The position numbers were made by a program, and so were the translations under genes. From Syntrophales bacterium (GTDB taxonomy: Bacteria; Desulfobacterota; Syntrophia; Syntrophales; UBA2210), in NCBI GenBank assembly GCA_963666365.2, contig CAXXNF010000001.1, forward strand, positions 1,312,001 to 1,376,000: a stretch of DNA of 64,000 bases, read 5' to 3'. Below the pieces are notes generated by a model. The model ran no database searches, was not told where the DNA came from, and saw only the letters and a program-made list of their open reading frames with translations. Of this stretch, positions 19,798-28,507 are shown in pieces; positions within the stretch are counted from its first letter, which is position 1, and each line of letters begins with the position of its first letter.

Positions 19798-21339
19798 ATG
19801 ATTAAAACAGTAGAGCAGTATCTTGAAAGCCTGAATGACGGACGGGAAGTCTGGTGCATGGGGGAAAAGGTCGCCGATGTGCGGACCCATCCGACGGTCA
19901 GTACCATCATCAGAATGGCTACCATGGACTATGTCCTGCCTAATCATCCCGATTACCGGGATATTTTTGTCACACAGGATGAAGATGGGGAGGACATCAA
20001 CTTTCTCCTCACTTCGCCGAAAACGTCTGAAGACATGCTGCGGCGGCGCGAATGTTATACCGTCGGCATCAGATCCGGCGGCGGCGTCATTGTGCACTGC
20101 ATGGGCGCCGACGCACTGGCCGCCTTCAGTGTCGCCGCCCAGGTTATGGACAAAAAACTGGGCACGGAATATACCGCACGGGTAGAGCAATATCGTAAAT
20201 ATCTGCAGAAGAACGACCTTGCCATCACCGGAGCCATCACTGATGTGAAGGGGGACCGCAGCCTCCATCCTTCAAAGCAGAAGCAGCATCAGGACTTTTA
20301 CCTGAGAGTAGTGGACAGACAGAAGGACGGTATCGTGGTCCGGGGCGCCAAGGTGCACATCAGCGCCTCTCCCTGCGCCAATGAACTGCTCTGTCTTCCC
20401 TGCCGGACCCATGGAGAAGCGGACAAAGATTATGCTCTGGGTTTCGCGGTATCCGTCAATACGCCGGGGGTGAAGCTTCTCGGTGTGGAACCGAATGTGC
20501 GGCTCTACGGGGAGGAATGCGAATTCGACTACCCCAGTTCGGACCACATGCAGCCTTCCGAATCGTTGATTATTTTTGATGACGTATTCGTGCCCTGGGA
20601 GCGGGTCTTCATGTGTGGCGAATGGCAGTATTCACAGGTGCTTGCCTACGCCTTTGCCAGCTACCACCGGCTCTTCGGCACCTGCAAGATGACGGGAACT
20701 CTCGAAACTATGACCGGTGCGGCGAGTCTGATCGCCGAATATAACGGCGTCCGGAATGTGCCGCACGTACGGAAGAAACTGGCCTGGATGGCCTACATTA
20801 CCGAAACGGTACAGATGCTGGGAAAACAGGCCTGTCTCGAGCCGATGACGGAATTCGGCATGGATGTGATGATGCCGAACCGCATGGCCATCAATGCGTC
20901 GAAATTCACCTATGCGAGCAATTTCCACCAGATGGTTCAGAACATGCAGGATATCGGCGGCGGCTTGACCACCACCGTGCCCGCCTTCCGCGACTGGAAG
21001 AATCCGGAGATACAGCCCTTCATTGAGAAATACCTGGCGGCGAAAGACGGAGTTCCCACGGAGGAGCGGCTTCGTATTCTAAGACTTATCAAAGATCTGA
21101 CGGGGAATCACTGGGAGGTCGACACCATTCACGGCGAAGGGTCCATGGCGGCGCAGGAGATGTTTCTTTTCGGTAGCGCCGACTGGGATAAACTCCACTC
21201 GGCGGCGAAGCGGGCGGCCCATATCGACGGCTGGCAGGACAACCCGATATACGGAAAGCTTCCTTTGCGGAAAGATTACGTAAAGATGCCTGCCATAGAT
21301 GAGTCATACGAAAGCATCGCCCCAACGGCAAAGAAATAA
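19798..21339 (+). CDS. 4-hydroxybutyryl-CoA dehydratase / HpaB family flavoprotein (paralogue 1, atypical motifs)
   Basis: YLESLNDGR, TDVKGDRS, RGAKVH, FDDVFVPWERVF, YHRLFGTCK and IHGEGS. Confidence 0.88.
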   Translation: MIKTVEQYLESLNDGREVWCMGEKVADVRTHPTVSTIIRMATMDYVLPNHPDYRDIFVTQDEDGEDINFLLTSPKTSEDMLRRRECYTVGIRSGGGVIVHCMGADALAAFSVAAQVMDKKLGTEYTARVEQYRKYLQKNDLAITGAITDVKGDRSLHPSKQKQHQDFYLRVVDRQKDGIVVRGAKVHISASPCANELLCLPCRTHGEADKDYALGFAVSVNTPGVKLLGVEPNVRLYGEECEFDYPSSDHMQPSESLIIFDDVFVPWERVFMCGEWQYSQVLAYAFASYHRLFGTCKMTGTLETMTGAASLIAEYNGVRNVPHVRKKLAWMAYITETVQMLGKQACLEPMTEFGMDVMMPNRMAINASKFTYASNFHQMVQNMQDIGGGLTTTVPAFRDWKNPEIQPFIEKYLAAKDGVPTEERLRILRLIKDLTGNHWEVDTIHGEGSMAAQEMFLFGSADWDKLHSAAKRAAHIDGWQDNPIYGKLPLRKDYVKMPAIDESYESIAPTAKK

Positions 21340-21350
21340 CAGTTCAAAAC

Positions 21351-21381
21351 AATGCCCGGGAATACCACATCCCCGGGCATT
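21351..21381 (+). terminator. Intergenic hairpin between the two paralogues
   Basis: AATGCCCGGG-N11-CCCGGGCATT perfect 10 bp stem. Confidence 0.5.
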
Positions 21382-21438
21382 CTATATTATAAAGGAATGT
21401 ATGCCGGTACTCCAAGCATAGTGTAAGGAGACATCAAT

Positions 21439-22986
21439 ATGATTAAGACGGTTGAACAGTATCTTGAAAGCTTGAACGATGGAAGAGAGATCTGGTGTCT
21501 GGGAGAAAAGGTGTCCGATGTGAGGACACACCCGACGCTGAGTAGTATTATCCGGACGGCGTCGATGGACTATGTGCTTCCGAATCACCCCGATTTCAGA
21601 GATCTTTTCGTTACGAAAGACGAAGAGGGTGAGGATATCAATTTTCTCCTTACCTCGCCCAGGTCGTCGGAAGATCTTCTGCGACGGAGAGAATGTTATA
21701 TTAACGGCGTTCGCGCTGGCGGCGGCGTCATGGTTCACTGCATGGGCGCCGACGCGCTTGCCGCCTTCGCCGTGGCCGCGCAAGTCATGGATAAAGCGTT
21801 GGGGACAGGCTACAGTGAGCGCGTCGCGCACTATCAAAAACACCTGCAGAAAAACGATCTTGCCATTACCGGCGCCATTACCGATGTGAAGGGCGATCGG
21901 AGCCTGCATCCGTCTCAACAGAAACAGCATCAGGATTATTATCTGCGTATTGTGGATCGGCAGAAAGAAGGGATCGTCGTCCGTGGGGCCAAGGTCCATA
22001 TCAGTTCGACCCCCTGCGCAAATGAAGTGCTGTGCCTGCCCTGCCGTACCCACGGCGAGGCCGACAAGGACTATGCCCTTGCCTTTGCCACGCCCGTCAA
22101 TGCCCCGGGAATCAAGCTTCTGGCCGTGGAACCCGTATCGCGCACTTACGGGGAAGAAGGGGAGTTCGATTACCCTTCGACAAGCAAGAAACAGCCCACA
22201 GAGTGCCTGATCATTTTCGATGACGTCTTCGTTCCCTGGGAACGGGTATTCATGTGCGGTGAATGGCAGTATTCAAGAAATCTGGCCTATGCCTTCGCCA
22301 GCTACCATCGCCTTTTCGGCACCTGCAAGATGATCGGCAAGCTCGAAATAATCACCGGAGCGGCGGGCCTTATGGCTGAATACAATGGTGTGGAACAGGT
22401 AAGCCATGTCCGTAAAAAACTGGCATGGATGGCCATGATCACCGAATCGGTGGCCCTACTGGGGAAATCAGCCTGTCTCGATCCGGTGACCGAATTCGGA
22501 ATGGATACCGTGATGCCCAACCGGATGGCCATAAACTCGGCGAAATTCACCTTTGCGAGCAACTTCCACCAGATGTGCCAGAATCTGCAGGATATCGCCG
22601 GCGGTCTCGCCGCGACGGTTCCCACCTTCCGGGACTGGAGCAATCCCGACATACGGCCCTATATCGAAAAGTATTTAAGTGCGAAGGACGGCGTTTCAAC
22701 GGAAGACAGGATTCGGGCCGTCCGCCTTGCCAAGGACATGACCTGTAACTTCTATCAGATTGACACCATCCACGGCGAGGGTTCCATGGCCGCCCAGGAG
22801 ATGTTCCTCTACGGCAGTGCCGACTGGAACAAGCTTAAATCGGCGGCGAAACGTGTGGCGCACATCGACGGCTGGCAGAATGATCCCATCTACGGGAAGC
22901 TTCCGCTCCAGAAAGATCATGTCGATCCCAAAATGCCCGCTGTTGAAGAATCCTATGCGAGCATACCGGTAACGGCGAAGGGATAA
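21439..22986 (+). CDS. 4-hydroxybutyryl-CoA dehydratase / HpaB family flavoprotein (paralogue 2, atypical motifs)
   Basis: Full-length, highly similar paralogue of 19798-21339; AAGGAG RBS. Confidence 0.88.
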   Translation: MIKTVEQYLESLNDGREIWCLGEKVSDVRTHPTLSSIIRTASMDYVLPNHPDFRDLFVTKDEEGEDINFLLTSPRSSEDLLRRRECYINGVRAGGGVMVHCMGADALAAFAVAAQVMDKALGTGYSERVAHYQKHLQKNDLAITGAITDVKGDRSLHPSQQKQHQDYYLRIVDRQKEGIVVRGAKVHISSTPCANEVLCLPCRTHGEADKDYALAFATPVNAPGIKLLAVEPVSRTYGEEGEFDYPSTSKKQPTECLIIFDDVFVPWERVFMCGEWQYSRNLAYAFASYHRLFGTCKMIGKLEIITGAAGLMAEYNGVEQVSHVRKKLAWMAMITESVALLGKSACLDPVTEFGMDTVMPNRMAINSAKFTFASNFHQMCQNLQDIAGGLAATVPTFRDWSNPDIRPYIEKYLSAKDGVSTEDRIRAVRLAKDMTCNFYQIDTIHGEGSMAAQEMFLYGSADWNKLKSAAKRVAHIDGWQNDPIYGKLPLQKDHVDPKMPAVEESYASIPVTAKG

Positions 22987-22997
22987 TCTATCAACAA

Positions 22998-23029
22998 CAT
23001 ACCCGGGAGCAGGCGATCTCCCGGGTATG
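22998..23029. terminator. Hairpin between convergent genes
   Basis: CATACCCGGGAG-N8-CTCCCGGGTATG perfect 12 bp stem. Confidence 0.55.
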
Positions 23030-23044
23030 AGTTTCCGACAATCC

Positions 23045-23791
23045 TTACGCCACCAGCGCTGCTGCGATTGTTTCACGGGTCCGCTTCATCAACTCATCCA
23101 GGCCGCCTTCTTTGTAGTCTGCGACATCGATGGGTTGGTGAATGATCATGGTTGCCCGTCCCGGGAACAGATCGATTGTTCCCGGCGGAAGGATTTTGCG
23201 GGTGCCGATGATCGTAACGGGAAGAATGGGGATCCCGAGGTCGAGGGCCATGGTGAAGGCGCCCCGTTTGAAGGTTTTGAGCTTGCCGTCCCGGCTTCGG
23301 GTTCCCTCGGGAAAAAAGATCACCGAGGTACCGTTGACTATCCTGTCTTTTGCGGCCTTGATTGTCGCAAGAGCCGCGGCCCCGTCGGACCGGTCGATAA
23401 ATATATGGCCGATCTTTTCGCACCCAATGCCCAGGCCCGGTATTTTTCTCAATTCCTTTTTTAACACCCACCTGAAATCTACTCCAAGCCAGCCGTAAAG
23501 AACAAAAATATCATACTGACTCTGATGATTGCTCACAATTACATAGGACTGGTTTCTGTCTAGATGCTCTCTTCCTTTTACGGTGACCCGCATGGGCGTC
23601 ATATATCCATTTAGTCTCGCCCACACAGCCCCGCCGATAAAACTGGCAATCCGCGGATTGGTCAGAAAGACCAGGCAGACCGTAAGGCCGCCGAAAAAGA
23701 GGGTGGAAATGATAAGCCAGGGGGCAAAAATGAGCCATTTGTAAGGCTGGTAGAGTATGTAGAGCGCTTTATTCATTCGGGTAGGTTCCAT
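23045..23791 (-). CDS. 1-acyl-sn-glycerol-3-phosphate acyltransferase (PlsC family)
   Basis: NHQSQYD, FIDR and FPEGTRS. The ATG overlaps the TGA of the upstream YeeE-family gene. Confidence 0.92.
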   Translation of the reverse strand: MEPTRMNKALYILYQPYKWLIFAPWLIISTLFFGGLTVCLVFLTNPRIASFIGGAVWARLNGYMTPMRVTVKGREHLDRNQSYVIVSNHQSQYDIFVLYGWLGVDFRWVLKKELRKIPGLGIGCEKIGHIFIDRSDGAAALATIKAAKDRIVNGTSVIFFPEGTRSRDGKLKTFKRGAFTMALDLGIPILPVTIIGTRKILPPGTIDLFPGRATMIIHQPIDVADYKEGGLDELMKRTRETIAAALVA

Positions 23792-24318
23792 CAAATTCGG
23801 TGTTTCTTTTCGAAAAGATAAAAAAGCAGAAGATAGATCACCGTCACTATTGCTATGACAATCCAGTGGTTAAGGCCCAGCACATCCGGAAGGGTGATTT
23901 TCCCGTAGTTTCCCCATGTCAGTATAGACGATTTAACGGCCGGGTAGACTTCCGCGTAAATGGCGGCGCCGACGATCATGCCAATAAGAGCGAACAGCGC
24001 ATCCCATCTGCCTTCCCCCAGGGCGCCGGCGGCGGTGCCGGGGCAGTATCCCACAAGGGCCCAGCCGATGCCGAAAATGATGCCGCCTATTATATTTGCT
24101 CCCAGTGAGGTGCCTTTGACACTCAAGGTCACCATACCGAGATCCTTCAATAAATAGATACCGATCATTGCCACGATAATGGTGGATAACATGAATTTCA
24201 CGATCGTAAAATCGATCAACCGCATTGCGCCGAGCTGCTTGTCGTAACGAATGACCTCGGCCTTTTGCATGAGAAATCCGAAAAGTATACCCGTCACAAG
24301 GCCGTATATAAGTTCCAT
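23791..24318 (-). CDS. YeeE/YedE family sulfur-transport membrane protein (second half-protein)
   Basis: Highly hydrophobic; GILFGF and IFGIGWALVGYCPGT motifs. Confidence 0.9.
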   Translation of the reverse strand: MELIYGLVTGILFGFLMQKAEVIRYDKQLGAMRLIDFTIVKFMLSTIIVAMIGIYLLKDLGMVTLSVKGTSLGANIIGGIIFGIGWALVGYCPGTAAGALGEGRWDALFALIGMIVGAAIYAEVYPAVKSSILTWGNYGKITLPDVLGLNHWIVIAIVTVIYLLLFYLFEKKHRI

Positions 24319-24322
24319 GGTG

Positions 24323-24841
24323 CTATTCCCCCCTTCCGTAGACTATACGCGCCGTGATGATGCCGCCGATAAAAAAGCATATCAACGAAACGAACCCGCT
24401 TACCGACATCTGAGCAAGACCGCTCAGTCCGTGTCCGCTCGGTCACCCCCCGGCCATGCGTGCACCGAAGAGCGCGACAATCCCCCCTGCGAAGGCGACC
24501 AGGTAACGCTTCCCCGCACTGTCGCCGAAGCGCCGCCGCCACATAGGAGGAACAGGGGTGGATGCAAAGGTTCCCGCAATTTTCGATGCCGCCAACGAAC
24601 CGACTATAATGCCGGCAACGAAGAGCATCTGCCAGTCAATCTTGATTTTCGTTTTGGTAAAGTAGTCCGAATTGGCTACATATTCCGTAGCCACCGTTTT
24701 TTCAATCAGCCCCGCAGAACGGACGAATGTGGTGGATGCGCCGAAATACTTGCCTGCGATGAGCACGGAAAGGCACAGCACCAGTCCCGCCAGGGCGCCC
24801 GCCCAATAGGGTGACCAGGTGGTTCTTTGAAAAAAGTTCAT
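24323..24841 (-). CDS. YeeE/YedE family membrane protein, probable selenoprotein (TGA=Sec at 24443-24445)
   Basis: The frame reads ...GARMAGG-TGA-PSGHGLSGLAQMSVSGFVSLICFFIGGIITARIVYGRGE-TAG. The family motif is GARxAGGCxSGH, and readthrough ends just before the next gene. Confidence 0.85.
24403..24442 (-). promoter_or_regulatory. Candidate bacterial SECIS element
   Basis: After the UGA: CCGAGCGGACACGGA-CUGAGC-GGUCUU-GCUCAG-AUGUCGG. 6 bp upper stem, G-first apical loop about 21 nt downstream, GACA/UGUC lower stem. Confidence 0.65.
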
Positions 24842-25002
24842 AGCATTCTCCTTCCGTCTGACCGTTTAAACAACTTTAAACAAAGACGGAGGAAATGGCA
24901 ATAGATCTTTGTATGATCATTGGAGTTCGTAATTATTTGACATCTTGATGCAAGTAATGGTTTAAAGTAGAAAATCACTCTATTAATAAAAAAGGAAGAG
25001 AC

Positions 25003-26955
25003 ATGAAAAATCTGGCCCATCTGTTACAGCCGCTAAAAATCAAATCGTTGGAACTTTCCAACCGCGTAGTAATGCCCCCCATGGGGACGGGGCTCGCCAA
25101 TCCGGATCATTCGGTGAGCGATGCCACCATTGCCTATCTTGCCAGGAGAGCAAAGGGGGGCGCCGGTCTGATAATTACCGAGATCGTCAGCGTCCACCCC
25201 GACGGGGCCGGCGGTCCGGGAGTGCTGGGAGCCTGGGACGATAAATTCATTGACGGAATGACGCGGCTGGCCGAGGCCGTACATGCACAGGGAAGCAAAA
25301 TCGCCATGCAATTCTACCACTGCGGTCGCGAAAGCGTCTTCCAGCTTGCAAACAGGACCGCCGTGTCCGCCTCGGCAATTCCCAGCGTCGTACTTGGCGG
25401 CATGCCGCGGGAACTGAGCCGGGATGAAATTAAAGCACTCGTGGCCGACTTCGGCCACGCCGCCGCGCGAGCACAAAAGGCCGGGTTCGATGCCGTGGAG
25501 GTTCATGGCGCACACGGGTATCTCCTCTGCCAGTTTCTTTCCGCCCTCTCCAATCAGCGGACCGATGAATACGGAGGCGACAGCCTGCGGGATCGTTCGC
25601 GTATTGTCATTGAGGTATTGAGGGAGATACGTCGCAGGGTTGGCGACGATTTTCCCATATCCCTGAGGATATCCGCCGAAGAAGATATTGAGGGCGGTTA
25701 CACCATCGAAGATATGCAGGTTGTTGTTCCTGATTTTGTTGATGCGGGCGCCGACATTATCCACGCCTCTTTTGGCACCGCCGGGAGCCCAGCCGGCCGC
25801 ATTATACCTCCCATAGAATATGCAGAGGGATGCAATGTCCGGCTTGCACGAAAGATCAAGGAGGTGGTCGATGTGCCCGTTATTGCCGTAGGACGCTTTA
25901 CCTCTCCCTCTCTTGCAGATGAAGTGATTGCCCGGGGAGATGCCGATCTTGTGTCGTTCGGAAGACAACATCTGGCGGACCCCGATTTCCTGATCAATGC
26001 AAAGGCGGGTAAAGAGGAAGCGACCATTCAGTGTATCGCCTGCAAACAGGGCTGTATCGAGCGGCTGAAGTTCGAACAGCGATCAGTGCGCTGTGCCATC
26101 AATCCGGAGACGGGACAGGAACTGATCTATCCGCGGACGCCTGCCCCGGTAAGCCGCCGTGTCTGGGTGATCGGCGCCGGCCCCGCCGGGTTGACGGCTG
26201 CCTCGGAGGCTGCCAGACTGGGGCACAAGGTGATTCTTTACGAGAAGGAGACGGAGACAGGAGGACAGGTGAAATTTGCCGCCAAGGCGCCCTATAAAGA
26301 GGCCTATGGCGAATGGATTCAACGCCTGTCCGCCCGAGCGCGGCGTATGGGTGTTGACATACGAACCGGTACGGAAGTGACGGAAGAAATACTCAGAAAG
26401 GGGATGCCCGAAGCCGTCATTCTTGCCATCGGCGGGGAAAAGATTATACCCTCCCTGGAGGGCATCGACCAGCCCCATGTCTGTGATGCCTGGCAGATTC
26501 TCAGTGGCGATGTTATGCCCGAGAATGATGCGGTGGTCATCGGCGGTGGCCTCACAGGGATGGAAGCGGCCGATTTTATGTGCGCGAAAGGCTGCCGGAA
26601 CGTGACGGTGATTGAGATGCTGTCTGAAGCGCCCGTCTCGCCGGCTACGTCACACGGCTACATGCTGCACGAGAGATTAAAAAATGGTGGCGGTTCGCTG
26701 CGACTGGGGACGAGGCTACACACAATCGGCAGTGACTATGTAACAGTTGTAGCGAATGGCCGAGAGGAACTGATTTCACCGATTGCGCAGGTGGTGGTGG
26801 CCGTGGGAGTTCAGGCGCGTGATACTCTAAAAGACTTTATCGAGAAAAAAGGCATTTCCTGTGAGGTGGTAGGTGACGCAGGGGAACCCCGCCGTATCAT
26901 AGAGGCGACAGAAGAAGGGGCGCGGGCCGCCTGGAATCTATCGTCGTTGAAATAG
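25003..26955 (+). CDS. Old-yellow-enzyme family FMN/FAD/[4Fe-4S] oxidoreductase (2,4-dienoyl-CoA reductase-like)
   Basis: HGAHGYLL, RTDEYGG, CIACKQGC-x12-C cluster motif, GAGPAG and GGGLTG Rossmann motifs. Confidence 0.92.
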   Translation: MKNLAHLLQPLKIKSLELSNRVVMPPMGTGLANPDHSVSDATIAYLARRAKGGAGLIITEIVSVHPDGAGGPGVLGAWDDKFIDGMTRLAEAVHAQGSKIAMQFYHCGRESVFQLANRTAVSASAIPSVVLGGMPRELSRDEIKALVADFGHAAARAQKAGFDAVEVHGAHGYLLCQFLSALSNQRTDEYGGDSLRDRSRIVIEVLREIRRRVGDDFPISLRISAEEDIEGGYTIEDMQVVVPDFVDAGADIIHASFGTAGSPAGRIIPPIEYAEGCNVRLARKIKEVVDVPVIAVGRFTSPSLADEVIARGDADLVSFGRQHLADPDFLINAKAGKEEATIQCIACKQGCIERLKFEQRSVRCAINPETGQELIYPRTPAPVSRRVWVIGAGPAGLTAASEAARLGHKVILYEKETETGGQVKFAAKAPYKEAYGEWIQRLSARARRMGVDIRTGTEVTEEILRKGMPEAVILAIGGEKIIPSLEGIDQPHVCDAWQILSGDVMPENDAVVIGGGLTGMEAADFMCAKGCRNVTVIEMLSEAPVSPATSHGYMLHERLKNGGGSLRLGTRLHTIGSDYVTVVANGREELISPIAQVVVAVGVQARDTLKDFIEKKGISCEVVGDAGEPRRIIEATEEGARAAWNLSSLK

Positions 26956-27028
26956 CCGATCGATAGGTTATGCAGTCACGTGCCGCATCATCTGCCGGCT
27001 TAATTACAAAATCGCTAGAGGGTTCAGC

Positions 27029-27793
27029 CTGTTTGACCATCCCATTGCGGGCAGTGTTTTTATCAACGATGCCACGATAATGTTTGATGACGTATTTATT
27101 CCACATGAGAGGATCTTTCTGAAAGGGGAGTGGGAATTTGCCGGGCAGGTGGCCCACATGTTCGCCAATTTCCACCGCTTGAGTGCGGAGACCTACAAGG
27201 CCATGGAACTGGAACTCTTTACGGGCGCCGCCGTTCTGATGGCTGAATACAACGGCATAGAGAAGGTAAGCCACGTGCGGGAAAAATTGACCTGGCTCGC
27301 CATGTATACGGAAGCCGTGGAAATTCTCGGACGGGCAGCTTCCGAGAATTGCATCAGCGAAACGGATTCCGACCTTGTCTATCCCAATCCCATGTATGCC
27401 AATATCTGCAAATTTTTCTTTGCCGACAACTGGCACCAGGCAACCAAGTTCATTCAGGATATTGCGGGAGGTATTGTCGCCACCTGTCCGTCACCGAGAG
27501 ATTACTTCAATCCGGAAATTCATGGTCTGCTTGACAAATATCTGGGAGGGCGCGCCGGAGTTCCCACAGAGAACCGGCTTCGTATGGCCAAGCTGATACG
27601 GAATCTCACGTCGTCCTATGAGGATGTCCTTACCATCCATGCAGAAGGGTCGCTTGAAGCCCAGAAGCTCTCCATTTTTGTGCGGGCCGATTTTGAGCGG
27701 TATAAGGCCGCGGCACGCAGGGCCGCCCGCATCGGGGATGAAAAAGTACATGCTATCTTTAAGGAGCTGCCGGAGTTTCCCCCGAAGCTGTAA
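27029..27793 (+). pseudogene. 5'-truncated 4-hydroxybutyryl-CoA dehydratase/HpaB-family gene (C-terminal half only)
   Basis: LFDHP...FDDVFIPHERIF...ANFHRL...IHAEGS matches only the C-terminal half. In-frame stop upstream at 26948-26950; no N-terminal domain and no RBS. Confidence 0.78.
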
Positions 27794-27803
27794 GAGTGGG
27801 GGA

Positions 27804-28217
27804 TTATACATCGATTGATGCAACCAGCTGTTCCATTTCAATAGTGCTAAGTCCGAGCCATGTGCAGGCGACATCGAAACTGCCGAAGACGATGGTATTG
27901 AGGCCCAGCGCCGCGGTTTGTTCAGCGAATATGTGCGCCTTGGCAAAACTATCTTCATCTTTTACAAGCACGGCGCACTTTGCAATGTAGGTTTTGTTGT
28001 CTGGTTGTTTGTGATTGTCCGACATTTCGCTTACCCTATCCGCAGTCGTTTCAAAGGTGACGGCCCGACAGTCGGCCAATACTATTGCGCCCGGACTGAT
28101 GAAAGAGTCCTGCAACTGTTCTCGCTCATGGGCCATAAGTTCCTCATGGGAGATCAATCCTGCCCATCTTTCGATGACCACATGTCCATCATGTACCACA
28201 ATATACTTGACTGGCAT
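27804..28217 (-). CDS. Hypothetical protein, possibly STAS/SpoIIAA-like
   Basis: Alpha/beta pattern with VLADCR, KCAVLV and VFGSFDVACTWL ending. Confidence 0.6.
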   Translation of the reverse strand: MPVKYIVVHDGHVVIERWAGLISHEELMAHEREQLQDSFISPGAIVLADCRAVTFETTADRVSEMSDNHKQPDNKTYIAKCAVLVKDEDSFAKAHIFAEQTAALGLNTIVFGSFDVACTWLGLSTIEMEQLVASIDV

Positions 28218-28507
28218 AGGTGACTTACGCTTTCCACGGCGACAGACCAAAAAGCCCCGCTCTAATCAAAACGAGGTATTGAGTTTGTTGTGAAATTACC
28301 GCATATCCCTGTGATTCCAGCGATGCATGGTTCGGTGCGTGCCTGGAGAGCATGCATATTCAAACTACATGCGCAGAAATACCAGACTTTTTGTCTGTTC
28401 GCAACAGGAAACAGTGGCAATGAAAACAACAACGCGTGTGCATTCTTTTTCTCACGAAGAAATTTCACGGAACTTCCGATTAACCGCCGTTTTTACGACA
28501 GGCAGTC

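Noticed and set aside
19798..22986. Calling the pair 4-hydroxyphenylacetate 3-monooxygenase (hpaB) or canonical abfD
   Set aside because: No flavin reductase partner, anaerobic context, and altered Fe-S/catalytic motifs; no gene symbol is justified.
24294..24542. Alternative-frame ORF suggesting a frameshifted yeeE pseudogene
   Set aside because: The family motif continues in the original frame straight through the TGA, so no frameshift is needed.
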